DNA of 64,000 nucleotides from an uncultured Nitrospiraceae bacterium (GTDB lineage: Bacteria; Nitrospirota; Thermodesulfovibrionia; Thermodesulfovibrionales; Dissulfurispiraceae). The position numbers and the translations under genes were made by a program. Location of the stretch: contig CAVSHF010000004.1 in the NCBI GenBank assembly GCA_963727805.1, positions 45,132 to 109,131 of the forward strand. Reading direction: 5' to 3'. Numbering within the stretch: the first letter of the stretch is position 1; each line of letters opens with the position of its first letter. The notes under the pieces were generated by a model, which was not told the origin of the DNA, did no database searches, and saw nothing but the letters and a program-made list of their open reading frames with translations. Positions 48,817 to 58,615 of this stretch are shown piece by piece.

Positions 48817-49896
48817 ATGAGCACCGTCACTAAGCGTCTCTCCTTTCTCGACCGCTATCTAACACTCTGGATATTTGCCGCGATGCTCCTGGGTGTTGGT
48901 CTTGGCTATTTTGTGCCGCAAGTAGAGGGTTTAATCAACAGTTTTCAGGTAGGTACTACCAACATTCCCATTGCTATCGGCCTCATTCTCATGATGTATC
49001 CGCCCCTCGCAAAGGTGAAGTATGAAGAGCTGGGTGAGGTCTTCAAAAATAAAAAAGTTTTGGGACTTTCCCTAATTCAAAACTGGGTGATCGGGCCGAT
49101 ACTTATGTTTCTGCTGGCAATTATTTTTCTTCAGGATTATCCGGAATATATGGTAGGCCTCATTATGATCGGGCTGGCGCGCTGTATTGCCATGGTCATT
49201 GTCTGGAACGACCTGGCGTGCGGAGATCCGGAGTACGCAGCCGGATTGGTCGCCTTCAATTCGATATTTCAGGTGCTCTTCTTCTCGGTCTATGCCTACA
49301 TATTCATAACAATCCTGCCTGCGTGGTTCGGACTCAAAGGTGCGGTTGTGCATGTCACAATCGGCCAGATCGCCGAAAGTGTATTTATCTATCTGGGGAT
49401 TCCTTTTCTGGCTGGAATGTTGACCCGGTTCAGCTTGCTCAAAATTAAGAGCCGCCAATGGTACGAACACGAATTCATACCGAGAGTAAGCCCTCTTACT
49501 CTTGTCTTCCTGCTATTTACTATAGTTGTGATGTTTTCCCTGAAGGGAAATTATATAGTCAGGTTGCCAATGGATGTAGTGCACATTGCAATACCCTTAC
49601 TGATCTATTTTGTAGTAATGTTTCTTGTTTCGTTCTACCTCGGCAGAAAGATAGGAGCAGATTATGCCAAGACCGCTACGCTTTCGTTCACTGCTGCGAG
49701 CAATAATTTCGAACTGGCCATAGCCGTTGCCGTAGCTGTTTTCGGGATAAACTCTGGCGCTGCCTTTGCTGCAGTCATCGGCCCTCTTGTGGAAGTGCCG
49801 GCCTTAATCGGCTTGGTAAACGTTGCACTCTATTTTCAGAGAAAATATTTTTCGGACAAATACTGCAAGGTGGCTGAGGTAAAACCTCATTTGTAA
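48817..49896 (+). CDS. acr3: ACR3-family arsenite/antimonite efflux transporter
   Basis: [46 protein letters not shown]. Confidence 0.95.
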   Translation: MSTVTKRLSFLDRYLTLWIFAAMLLGVGLGYFVPQVEGLINSFQVGTTNIPIAIGLILMMYPPLAKVKYEELGEVFKNKKVLGLSLIQNWVIGPILMFLLAIIFLQDYPEYMVGLIMIGLARCIAMVIVWNDLACGDPEYAAGLVAFNSIFQVLFFSVYAYIFITILPAWFGLKGAVVHVTIGQIAESVFIYLGIPFLAGMLTRFSLLKIKSRQWYEHEFIPRVSPLTLVFLLFTIVVMFSLKGNYIVRLPMDVVHIAIPLLIYFVVMFLVSFYLGRKIGADYAKTATLSFTAASNNFELAIAVAVAVFGINSGAAFAAVIGPLVEVPALIGLVNVALYFQRKYFSDKYCKVAEVKPHL

Positions 49897-49931
49897 TATG
49901 TAACACGGTGAATATCGGAAAGGAATACCGC

Positions 49932-50621
49932 ATGCTCAAGATCGATCCTGCACCAGATTATCCGACCGAAGAAGGCCGATACCTCAGAGGGAACGACTAT
50001 TCTCCAGTGGCCGTCGCTGTTATCCTGATCTATGACAGCGATAAAATCCCAAAGGACATCGAAATGCTTGTGAGGACCGGGGTCGAAGCGGGGGCCGCGC
50101 TTTCCGGCACAATACAGACCGAAAACATCGGCGTCGAAAAGATGGTCTGCAATATCATTGGTAATCCCAATATCCGGTATCTCGTACTGACCGGCCCTGA
50201 ATCTCCCGGTCATTCGACCGGCGAAGCCATAATGTCACTGCTTAAAGATGGTGTCGATGAGCGCAAGAGGATCAGGAACACCGGTGCGCCTACACCTTAT
50301 CTATTCAATCTTCCAATAGAATATATCGAGCGATTCAGAAAACAAATTATTTCCGTAGTCGATCTACTTAACCGTGGAACTCCCGATCTCGTAAGAAAGG
50401 CTGTCTGGTCCTGCTACCAGGAAACCCCAACGGAGTTTGAGGAGCATATGTTGTACGATATCGGCGCGTATCCTGAAACGCCGATAAGTGCCGTCCTCAC
50501 ATGGAGGGTTACTAATCCTGCTTTTGAACCAAAGGATGAACAGGAGCGAAAGCAGAAAGATGATTTTGCAAAGAAGATGGAGGAGATCAGAAAAAAAGTT
50601 CAGGAGAAACACAGAACATGA
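49932..50621 (+). CDS. MtrA-like (tetrahydromethanopterin methyltransferase subunit A domain) corrinoid-binding protein, soluble
   Basis: YP-EEGRY, SPVAV, GAALSG--QTENIGVEK---NIIGNPNIRYL---G-E--GHSTGEA; no C-terminal TM; alternative GTG start at 49908. Confidence 0.8.
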   Translation: MLKIDPAPDYPTEEGRYLRGNDYSPVAVAVILIYDSDKIPKDIEMLVRTGVEAGAALSGTIQTENIGVEKMVCNIIGNPNIRYLVLTGPESPGHSTGEAIMSLLKDGVDERKRIRNTGAPTPYLFNLPIEYIERFRKQIISVVDLLNRGTPDLVRKAVWSCYQETPTEFEEHMLYDIGAYPETPISAVLTWRVTNPAFEPKDEQERKQKDDFAKKMEEIRKKVQEKHRT

Positions 50622-50645
50622 CATGTTTAAAAATGGAGGCATCAG

Positions 50646-51023
50646 GTGAAACTTGTTAAGGTTTTTATATTGATTGGCTTTCTGGTCTTTTCATATGGCA
50701 CCGGCTGGGCGGCCGATTTCGATGCGTTGCTAACAAAAGCAAAGATAGAGAAAAAAGTCGTAATGCTGGAGCTCGGATCAGTTGGTTGCGTTCCCTGTGA
50801 TCAGATGAGACCGGTGATGGACAAGCTCACGCAGAACTATAAAGGCAAGCTCGAAGTCATCTTCGTGGATGTCAGGAAGAATACTGAACCTGCCCGTCGC
50901 TTCAGGGTGTTCGGTATCCCGACCCAGGTCTTTCTCGATAGCGATGGTAAAGAGTTTCACCGCCATATCGGCTATTACGATTATGATTCAATCGTGCCTG
51001 TGTTGAAGAAGGCCGGCATCTGA
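50646..51023 (+). CDS. Exported thioredoxin-family protein
   Basis: Signal peptide, CVPC, IPTQVFLD. Confidence 0.85.
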   Translation: MKLVKVFILIGFLVFSYGTGWAADFDALLTKAKIEKKVVMLELGSVGCVPCDQMRPVMDKLTQNYKGKLEVIFVDVRKNTEPARRFRVFGIPTQVFLDSDGKEFHRHIGYYDYDSIVPVLKKAGI

Positions 51024-51027
51024 ATCA

Positions 51028-51717
51028 ATGGATGCATTGTTTCACAATATTCAAGTCCTTATCCAAGGGCAGCAGCTTCTCGCCTTCCTGCTCGTTTTCG
51101 TTGCTGGGCTGATTTCGGCGAGCAGTCCATGCATTCTCGCTGCGATTCCTCTTATAATCGGATATGTGGGTGGGTATTCCAACGGTAGCCGCGCACGTGC
51201 GGCACTCTTCTCCGCTGTCTTTGTGCTCGGGCTTTCGCTCACCTTTACCCTGCTCGGGGCTGCAGCATCCTCTATCGGTCAACTTCTCGGTTTCCTCGGA
51301 GTGTGGCTGGATTACGGCTTTGCGGCGATAGCGATAATAATGGGTCTTCACCTATTGGGAGTCATTGTTGTGCCCCTTCCGTTACAGAAGACACATCAGA
51401 TAGCAACCAAGGGCTTGTTCGGAGCATTCCTTCTCGGTGTCCTGACAGGCTTGGTTTCGACGCCATGCGCCACTCCTGTCTTGGCGGTGATTCTAGCCTA
51501 TGTGTCGACTGAAGGAGATCTCTATTACGGCAGCGCTCTCCTCTTCATCTATGCCATCGGACACTGTGCATTAATATTTGTGGCTGGGCTATCGGTTGGT
51601 ATTGCAGAAAGTCTTATATCATCTAAAGGAATGAAGAACATTTCACTTTATTCCAAAAGAATAAGCGGTTTGGTATTACTATCAGTCGGCATTTACATTG
51701 GCTTTATCAGTGTGTGA
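51028..51717 (+). CDS. CcdA/DsbD-family membrane thiol-disulfide transporter
   Basis: SPCILAAIP and TPCATPVL cysteine motifs, six TMs. Confidence 0.88.
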   Translation: MDALFHNIQVLIQGQQLLAFLLVFVAGLISASSPCILAAIPLIIGYVGGYSNGSRARAALFSAVFVLGLSLTFTLLGAAASSIGQLLGFLGVWLDYGFAAIAIIMGLHLLGVIVVPLPLQKTHQIATKGLFGAFLLGVLTGLVSTPCATPVLAVILAYVSTEGDLYYGSALLFIYAIGHCALIFVAGLSVGIAESLISSKGMKNISLYSKRISGLVLLSVGIYIGFISV

Positions 51718-52188
51718 GCATTAACAAAAAATCGCAAGGAAGATTTCAACAAGCTAATTGATTTGCCCATTGCATTTCCCTCAATCTCGACGAGTATTGG
51801 AAGAAATACCAGGCAGAGAGAGTCGCTGACACAATGAACTTCGCGGAGAATATGAGCGTGGACCCCTGATGATTGCCGCTCATATCCTCCAGTGTATTCA
51901 GGATCCTGTCCCTTAAGGACTTCTGTAAGAATATGCTCCCATATATGCAGAAATGTGGATCAAGCAATCTATCGACTTCTGCACGTAACCTTTGAATGCA
52001 GGCTTCTCTGTTTAAAAAGGCACAGAATCGATGTTTCTATCGGCTATCACCAAATTCATGATACTGTTAAAATCGACAACTTCCAGTCGTACCAAATTCC
52101 GACTTTATCGAAACCATATGCTAAGAGTTGTTCTTTTGGTTTTCCGGTGTTGATCCGCCGGTTCGGGTATCTTCTGGATAGAGATGTG

Positions 52189-52506
52189 TCAAATGCGAGC
52201 CAATTCAGGTAATCTTTTTATTTTATTTATTTCCTTTGCAATTGATGAATGGGTGACATGATATAAATCCCATGCTAACTGCAAATTAAGCCAAAACTGA
52301 GCCTCCATGCCAAAAAGTCTCTCCAAACGAAGTGCTGTATCCGGAGTTACCCCACGCTTCCCATGAATCAGTTCATTAACACGAGGATATGAAACCCCTA
52401 GTTTTTCAGCCAATTCACTTTGAGTCATGTTCAGTGGTTTAAGAAATTCCTCCAACAGCATTTCGCCTGGATGTGTCGGCGGACCATTCTTGGGTATGCG
52501 TACCAT
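52189..52506 (-). CDS. higA: HigA antitoxin
   Basis: PTHPGEML-EEFLKP, GKRGVTPDTALRL, FWLNLQ. Confidence 0.92.
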   Translation of the reverse strand: MVRIPKNGPPTHPGEMLLEEFLKPLNMTQSELAEKLGVSYPRVNELIHGKRGVTPDTALRLERLFGMEAQFWLNLQLAWDLYHVTHSSIAKEINKIKRLPELARI

Positions 52507-52518
52507 CTTCAGCCTCCT

Positions 52519-52812
52519 TTAGTGGTAGTCTGTAATTTCAACGTTTTCCGCACCATCATCAGTCCACACAAAACAAACACGGAACTGGTCGTTAATTCGT
52601 ATGCTGTGCTGCCCCTTCCGTTCATCTCTTAGAGACTCCAAGAAATTTCCCGGCGGGATTTTCAACGAATCCAACGAAACTACACCATTGAGTTGATCTA
52701 ATTTTCGTTGTGCCACACGCCAAATTTGTGCCGGACAGGTCTGACGCGCCTCTCTTGTGTTGTTCCTATCAAAAATATCCTCTGTGCCTCTGTTACGGAA
52801 CGATTTGATCAC
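52519..52812 (-). CDS. higB: HigB toxin (plasmid-maintenance killer type)
   Basis: MIKSF, PPGN-LE-L, HSIRINDQFRVCFVW, EITDYH. Confidence 0.92.
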   Translation of the reverse strand: MIKSFRNRGTEDIFDRNNTREARQTCPAQIWRVAQRKLDQLNGVVSLDSLKIPPGNFLESLRDERKGQHSIRINDQFRVCFVWTDDGAENVEITDYH

Positions 52813-53120
52813 CAGGCAACCTCACGTTTTTTACGTTGACACGATGATATGAGTATAATGGATAACGTTATATATAGCAAGAGATATTAACAGTATTAAC
52901 TTTAAATCAAGATAATGGCAAGTACCTTGTGTTCTTGGACTACAAACACAGGCATACACATTACTCTAATTATAACGATAACGCACAAGATTAAGTGTAG
53001 GCATTTCAGTGCAGATTAAATAATCTGTTCTATCCCTAGTGCAATTAATATGCTATTAAAGAAGCAACAAGGATAAGGGAAAACAACGGTAGTTACGATT
53101 GTCATCGAGACCGAGTGAAT

Positions 53121-53275
53121 GTCATAAAAACGTCATAAATTTAGCGGAAAACATAGGGATTTGTGAGAATCCATAGGAAAACTCAAGACACGTAAATTGT
53201 AATTTAAAACAGTCTGTTATATAAAATATCTAGGTATTTCAAGCCTGTTTAAAAACCCTATCTAAGCACTCTCAA
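53121..53275 (+). repeat. 155-bp right-end sequence, copy 2
   Basis: Aligns with 35828-35982 and 57916-58070. Confidence 0.92.
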
Positions 53276-53312
53276 GGCTAAGACACGGGTTCGAATCCCG
53301 TTGGGACTACCA
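53269..53312 (+). repeat. att-like direct repeat: tRNA-Glu 3' half (one substitution in T-loop)
   Basis: CTCTCAAGGCTAAGACACGGGTTCGAATCCCGTTGGGACTACCA versus 31004-31047. Confidence 0.95.
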
Positions 53313-53705
53313 ATAAAGCATTTTAGTTCACGGTTTTATGGCCAGCAACATCTTGATCTATTTGATTTTTCTCACCATCAAGTGTTAACACGTCTGTGTG
53401 CTTGAATAGTCCTGCAGCTTCGCCTCCGGAAGGCTAAGACAGTGGTTCAAATCCTTTTTTGACGACCAAATAAAATCACAATAAAAACAAGGTGTTGAAC
53501 CATCAATCCGTCTCTTTTTTACAGCATAATTCTTGGCAACGTCATAAAAACGTAATAATGTCGAATCCCACAATACACAGATTATGGATTCACATTTTGA
53601 TGCCGCGTCTTCTGCGCCAAGGCAGTTAAACGTAGCGGAGTCGAAATTCAAGGCAAGCATTTACCTGCCACTCTATTGTTATTGGCCAGCCGAGCCAATT
53701 GTAAT

Positions 53706-53723
53706 TATAGCATTAATGCTATA
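53706..53723. promoter_or_regulatory. Perfect 18-bp palindrome, probable TA autorepression operator
   Basis: TATAGCATTAATGCTATA, 10 bp before the toxin ATG at 53734. Confidence 0.6.
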
Positions 53724-53733
53724 TACTATACCC

Positions 53734-54087
53734 ATGAACTGGACGATAAATTATTACGTGACAAGCGATGGAAAATGTCCGGTCAAGAAATTCATCGATC
53801 TGCTTTCTGCCGAGAGCAAAGCAAAATTTGTTTTTATTGCTGATCTGCTCGAAGAATACGGGTTGAAGGTAAAAGAACCTTATGTGAAACCGATTACGGG
53901 CTTTAGAAAGCTGTTTGAAATACGAATAAAGGATAAGTCAAACATCCACAGGATATTCTATTTTGCCTATACCGGCAAGAGACTTATTTTGCTTCATGGA
54001 TTTACAAAGAAAACGGAAAAGACTCGGGGCAGGGAAATTGTAGTAGCCGAAAGAAGAATGGAAGAGTATCTTTTAAGAAAGGAGTAG
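53734..54087 (+). CDS. RelE/HigB (Gp49-like) toxin
   Basis: YYVTSDGKCPVKKFI, LFEIRIK, RIFYF, LLHGFTKKT. Confidence 0.88.
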   Translation: MNWTINYYVTSDGKCPVKKFIDLLSAESKAKFVFIADLLEEYGLKVKEPYVKPITGFRKLFEIRIKDKSNIHRIFYFAYTGKRLILLHGFTKKTEKTRGREIVVAERRMEEYLLRKE

Positions 54088-54092
54088 TCACC

Positions 54093-54380
54093 ATGATAAC
54101 TTACAGAGAGCATAGAAAAGAGCTTTTAAAAGACAAAAAGGTAAAAGACGAGTACGAAAAACTTCTTCCCGAATATGAGCTGGCGAAAAGTTTGATCGAT
54201 CAGCGGCTGAAAAGAAGGATGACCCAAGGGGATGTCGCTAAAAAGACAGGAATGCCTCAGTCTACAATTTCGCGAATTGAGGGGCTCACGCATGGATTGC
54301 CTAAGCTTTCCACCCTTAAAAAGATAGCCGATGCTCTTGATGCAAAACTTGTGATAAGGATAGAGGGTAAAAGACGGTAG
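54093..54380 (+). CDS. XRE-HTH antitoxin
   Basis: MTQGDVAKKTGMPQSTISRIE...LSTLKKIADAL. Confidence 0.9.
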   Translation: MITYREHRKELLKDKKVKDEYEKLLPEYELAKSLIDQRLKRRMTQGDVAKKTGMPQSTISRIEGLTHGLPKLSTLKKIADALDAKLVIRIEGKRR

Positions 54381-54440
54381 CATGCCATCTGATCCACTAT
54401 CTGGCAACCAATTGCAAAATAAAGGTGTCTGTCCGCTTTC

Positions 54441-55163
54441 TCACTTTTGGCCATGTCGCGCGCCACAATTAGTGCGTCTATAAATTCGGATTTCATTCGT
54501 GTCCGGATCTTGAAAAACATTCTCAATTTTGCTCCTTTTTGCGTCGTAGGTTATCGGCTCATCCAAAGAATATACATAGAGCGGACGCAAGCTTCTCGCT
54601 GCAAATAGCAGCGTCCGGAATACGTAATTCAGAAATGATCCAGTATAACGGTAGCGCCGTATGCATGTTTCGAGTCTCTTTTGAATTTCATCGTCATATC
54701 CTTGCCAGCGAGATAAGCACTGATAACGGTCAATCCACACGTCAATAGTGTAACAAACAAGTTTAATGATCTCCCGTCTTGCTGACTGATTTCCGCACTG
54801 CGCCAGTCGAACAAGTGCAATGCTGATCATGTCCTGCATTCGCCTTTCTTCTTGATCAGAGCATGCAATAAAAACGTATAAGTGTTCGCTATATCTCCTA
54901 AGGACGACGTCGACCTCAGAAGAATTCTCATAGGGCTTTCGGTTCTTGTGCCTTCGCCACGGAACCCACCGACGCTGGAATTTCCACTCCAGCGAATAGG
55001 TTACTCTATCCCAGTCTATATGACCGAGCTCCGTCCTGATATTCTTGTAAATGAAACGATAGCAATGTGGAGCGTGTTTCAGTATCCATGAACTATTAAA
55101 AGTGTCGGGATTATGCTGATTTAAGGTCTCGTTGAGAATTCCTATGACTTGATCGAAGATCAT
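54441..55163 (-). CDS. Conserved hypothetical protein with sigma-70 region-2-like C-terminal half (copy 2)
   Basis: Close paralog of 31649-32371. Confidence 0.6.
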   Translation of the reverse strand: MIFDQVIGILNETLNQHNPDTFNSSWILKHAPHCYRFIYKNIRTELGHIDWDRVTYSLEWKFQRRWVPWRRHKNRKPYENSSEVDVVLRRYSEHLYVFIACSDQEERRMQDMISIALVRLAQCGNQSARREIIKLVCYTIDVWIDRYQCLSRWQGYDDEIQKRLETCIRRYRYTGSFLNYVFRTLLFAARSLRPLYVYSLDEPITYDAKRSKIENVFQDPDTNEIRIYRRTNCGARHGQK

Positions 55164-55297
55164 CTGTACCACCCCAAATATGTGAAAATATATGGTATTG
55201 TACTGTACGATTAGACGCGTTATGAAACTAGACAAGATAATAACAGTCAGGCAGAAAAATGAACTATTGATTATCCTGCAAAAGGCAGTCTGCAATC

Positions 55298-57706
55298 ATG
55301 GAAGGTAATTCCGTAGACGCACTTAAAGAAGAAATAGCGGAGATTGAGTCTCGCCTCGCTGAACTCGACAAGGAACGTGGCAGCCGTCATGAGCGGCTTC
55401 AGTCCTTGCAGACACAACTACGGGAAGCTCTGTCGAATAATCAGCAAAAGAATACTGTATCAGTCGTTCTTTCGCCTGAACAAAAAATTCATATCTTCCG
55501 TGCTCTTTTCCGAGGTAGAGAAGACGTCTATCCTAAACTCTGGACAAGTAAGAAGACAGGAGCAAAGGGGTACAGTCCTGTTTGTCTTAAAGAGTGGCAA
55601 TCAGGCATATGCAGAAAACCGACGGTAAAATGTAGCGAATGTAACCATCGGGCCTTCGCACCAGTTACCGATAGTGTCATAAGACAGCACCTCGACGGAC
55701 AGATTACAGCCGGTGTGTATCCATTGCTTGAAGATGACACATGCTGGTTCCTTGCTGTTGATTTCGATAAAAAAGAATGGGCCAAAGACGCAACTGCATT
55801 TCTGGTTACTTGCAAGGCAAACACAATTCCTGCTTACCTTGAAAGATCCCGGTCTGGTAATGGGGGCCATATATGGATCTTCTTCAATGAGCCAGTCCCG
55901 GCGGCTCTGGCTCGCCAACTGGGTGAGTTCCTGATAACCGAGACAATGGAGGCGAGATCCGAGCTAGACATGAAAAGCTATGATAGGCTCTTTCCAAATC
56001 AAGACACTCTTCCAAAAGGTGGATTTGGGAATCTAATAGCGCTTCCTCTACAGAAAGTTCCAAGGGAGGCAGGCAATAGCGTTTTCGTCGACGAAGACCT
56101 AACTCCAAACCCTGATCAGTGGGCTATACTGGCCAATGTCAGTCGAATCTGCCTTCCAGAACTCACCCAATTCCTCAAAGAAAACATTAAGATAAAGGGA
56201 CTCCTTGGTATCCGAAAAAGCCAGATTGATGAAGAGACTGCACCGTGGGAAAATCAGTCTTTATCTGAACGAATATTCAAGAAACTCACATGTGCACTTC
56301 CCGATCTGATCACAGTTGTGATGGCCAATCAGCTTTACATTAAGAAAGACGGTCTTCCCTCTCAACTCATAACTCGCATCAAAAGGCTCGCATCATTTCA
56401 AAACCCTGAATTCTTCAAGAAGCAAAGTATGCGCTTTTCTACAGCCAAGACCCCAAGAGTTATTTGCTGCGCTGATGAAATTGATTCCTTTGTTGCAATA
56501 CCGCGGGGTTGTCTGGATGATCTTTCAAAGCTTCTGTCCACTAATGAGATTAACATCGCCATCGATGACAAGAGGGTTACCGGGGAACCTACCGATTTTT
56601 CCTTCCAAGGCGAACTTAACCCCTTGCAGGAAAGGGCTCTTAAAGAAATGCTTAAATTTGATACTGGGGTCTTCGTAGCACCTCCGGGCGTCGGGAAGAC
56701 GGTGCTGGGCATCAAACTTATCGCCAAAAGGCAGGTAAATACACTTGTTCTGGTGCATCGTAAGCCGCTCCTTGATCAGTGGCGAGCCCAGATTGCATCA
56801 TTTTTCGATATGGACGTAAAAAAAATAGGGCAGATTGGCGGAGCCAAGGACAGAGCTACGGGAGTCATTGATGTCGCTATGCTCCAGAGTATGGACAAAG
56901 AAGATGGAGTTGACGATCGAATCAGGCAATATGGGCAAATAATTGTAGATGAATGCCATCATATCTCAGCGGTTTCTTTTGAGCGCGTAATGATGGCGGC
57001 TCGTGCAAGATATGTTGCAGGTCTAACTGCCACTCCGTATCGGAGAGATGGACATCAGCCTATCATTACCATGCAGTGCGGCCCGATTCGTTGCTCAATA
57101 AGTACAAAGTCTGTCGCTAAAGAGGCAGCGTTCCGACAGCTTCTGATCGAACGTCAAACCGATTTCTCGTGCGAATGGACTGAAGGGGACCATATTACTA
57201 CAATTTGGCCGCTCTTGATAACGGACGATGCCCGAAACGATCTCATATGCAAAGACGTGCTTACTGTTCTCTCAGAAGGAAGATCTCCCATTATTCTTAC
57301 TGAAAGGAAGGAACACCTCGAACTACTAAAAGGTAAGCTTGAAGAATCGATCGAGCATTTGGTCATACTTCATGGAGGGATGCGAGCTTCTCACCGAAGG
57401 GAGATGCTCCAGAAGCTTTTCAACACCAAGGAAACTGAAACTCGGGTTATTCTTGCAACCGGACCATATATTGGAGAAGGGTTTGACGATCCAAGACTTG
57501 ATACACTTTTTTTAGCCATGCCTTTCTCGTTCAAGGGTAAGATGGTACAGTATGCCGGCAGACTTCATCGTCAGAGAGAAAACAAGAAAGAGATCAGAAT
57601 TTACGATTATGTTGATAGCAAGATGCCTATCTTTGATAAAATGTATAAACGGAGATTAAAGGCCTACAAGTCCCTCGGCTATGAAAGAGCGACGGCTGTC
57701 GATTAA
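55298..57706 (+). CDS. AEP primase-like (TOTE-type) domain plus SF2 helicase fusion (copy 2)
   Basis: Same motifs as copy 1, intact: DFD, SRSGNGGH, GVGKT, DECHH. Confidence 0.8.
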   Translation: MEGNSVDALKEEIAEIESRLAELDKERGSRHERLQSLQTQLREALSNNQQKNTVSVVLSPEQKIHIFRALFRGREDVYPKLWTSKKTGAKGYSPVCLKEWQSGICRKPTVKCSECNHRAFAPVTDSVIRQHLDGQITAGVYPLLEDDTCWFLAVDFDKKEWAKDATAFLVTCKANTIPAYLERSRSGNGGHIWIFFNEPVPAALARQLGEFLITETMEARSELDMKSYDRLFPNQDTLPKGGFGNLIALPLQKVPREAGNSVFVDEDLTPNPDQWAILANVSRICLPELTQFLKENIKIKGLLGIRKSQIDEETAPWENQSLSERIFKKLTCALPDLITVVMANQLYIKKDGLPSQLITRIKRLASFQNPEFFKKQSMRFSTAKTPRVICCADEIDSFVAIPRGCLDDLSKLLSTNEINIAIDDKRVTGEPTDFSFQGELNPLQERALKEMLKFDTGVFVAPPGVGKTVLGIKLIAKRQVNTLVLVHRKPLLDQWRAQIASFFDMDVKKIGQIGGAKDRATGVIDVAMLQSMDKEDGVDDRIRQYGQIIVDECHHISAVSFERVMMAARARYVAGLTATPYRRDGHQPIITMQCGPIRCSISTKSVAKEAAFRQLLIERQTDFSCEWTEGDHITTIWPLLITDDARNDLICKDVLTVLSEGRSPIILTERKEHLELLKGKLEESIEHLVILHGGMRASHRREMLQKLFNTKETETRVILATGPYIGEGFDDPRLDTLFLAMPFSFKGKMVQYAGRLHRQRENKKEIRIYDYVDSKMPIFDKMYKRRLKAYKSLGYERATAVD

Positions 57707-57915
57707 GCGCACTGACGAGGCGGTGTCAGACAAACAAGCCACAGGTGACATCAAAAGAAAAAATGTATAATATTGCATTCGCCTCAAGATGCAGCCGTTC
57801 GTCGAGTATAGGACCATCCTTGGTGTCACACTTCATCTTCAAATCAGCACCGCAGAAATATCGTCGGAGGTAAGAATTTCAAAAAATAACTGTCGGCAAT
57901 AGAACCCAAGTTGAC

Positions 57916-58076
57916 GTCATAAAAACGTCATAAATTTAGCGGAAAACATAGGAATTTATGAGAATCCAGAGGAAAACTCAATGCACCAAAAAAGGATTTT
58001 AAAACAGTCTGTTATGTGAAAAAAGTAGGTATTTCAAGCCTGCTAAAAAACCCTGTCTATGTACTCTCAAGGCTAA
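57916..58076 (+). repeat. 155-bp right-end sequence, copy 3, followed by GGCTAA
   Basis: Ends CTCTCAAGGCTAA (13 bp identical to tRNA-Glu), then diverges. Confidence 0.9.
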
Positions 58077-58615
58077 ATTATAGGACTTAGAAAAACTAGA
58101 CAAATCAATATGATACTCCAAACTGGACTTGTGGAAATTCCTGAGTGGTTCGGGCATCGATTCCGGAATACGTTGGACAGTTGTTCCGCTTTAGTTCGGA
58201 CCCCAGACCGCCTGAGTTGTCGTGTCCTTGCAGTCAATATTATATAGCCCCTAAACAGGAGTCACCTGCAAGTCTTATAAAATAAGCACGGCCTTTTATC
58301 GTTAGGTTCTCACAGGAACTTTAAGGGAGAGCATCTCGAATACACTGGAGAGTATAAATGGAAAGCATCGATGGTCGTTTCTAAAGTTCAACCCGATAGT
58401 TCTGTCAATAACATGTCGTAATCTTTGAGGCAACCATATCAAGGCGGCTGTCTTGATTGCTATTCATAACCTCCATTGCGGCATATCGGGCCTGTGTAGA
58501 GATTATTTACGGCTATCAACAAAGTCGTTCCGGGAGAAGGTAATATTTCAGGAACACTGATTTTCAGTTCGCTCTTGAATTAATTAACTCATAGTATTGA
58601 GTAAAATTACTCAAT

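Larger units (their letters stand above)
31004..58076. mobile_element. Tandem array of four tRNA-Glu-integrated units without an integrase gene
   Basis: Core CTCTCAA at 31004, 35976, 38572, 53269, 58064, each joined to conserved end sequences; accessory cargo. Confidence 0.8.

Noticed and set aside
49932..50621. Evidence of methanogenesis or archaeal contamination (MtrA-like and FmdE-like genes)
   Set aside because: Isolated domains in a clearly bacterial operon; no other mtr/fmd/mcr subunits in the window
51746..52188. Short ORFs between ccdA and higA (also 38880-39330 and 63610-64000)
   Set aside because: No recognisable motifs or clear RBS; possibly decayed genes but unsupported by eye
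53385..53733. ORF 53385-53660 and the N-terminal extension of 53584-54087
   Set aside because: Both lie in the non-coding left-end repeat; the toxin fold starts at ATG 53734
53269..58070. Assembly artefact duplicating unit 1
   Set aside because: The copies differ by many substitutions throughout, by a ~520-bp deletion and by TA content
31004..58076. CRISPR array or classical integron attC array
   Set aside because: Repeats are kilobases apart, tRNA-derived and lack attC-style palindromic R/L boxes; no cas or intI gene seen
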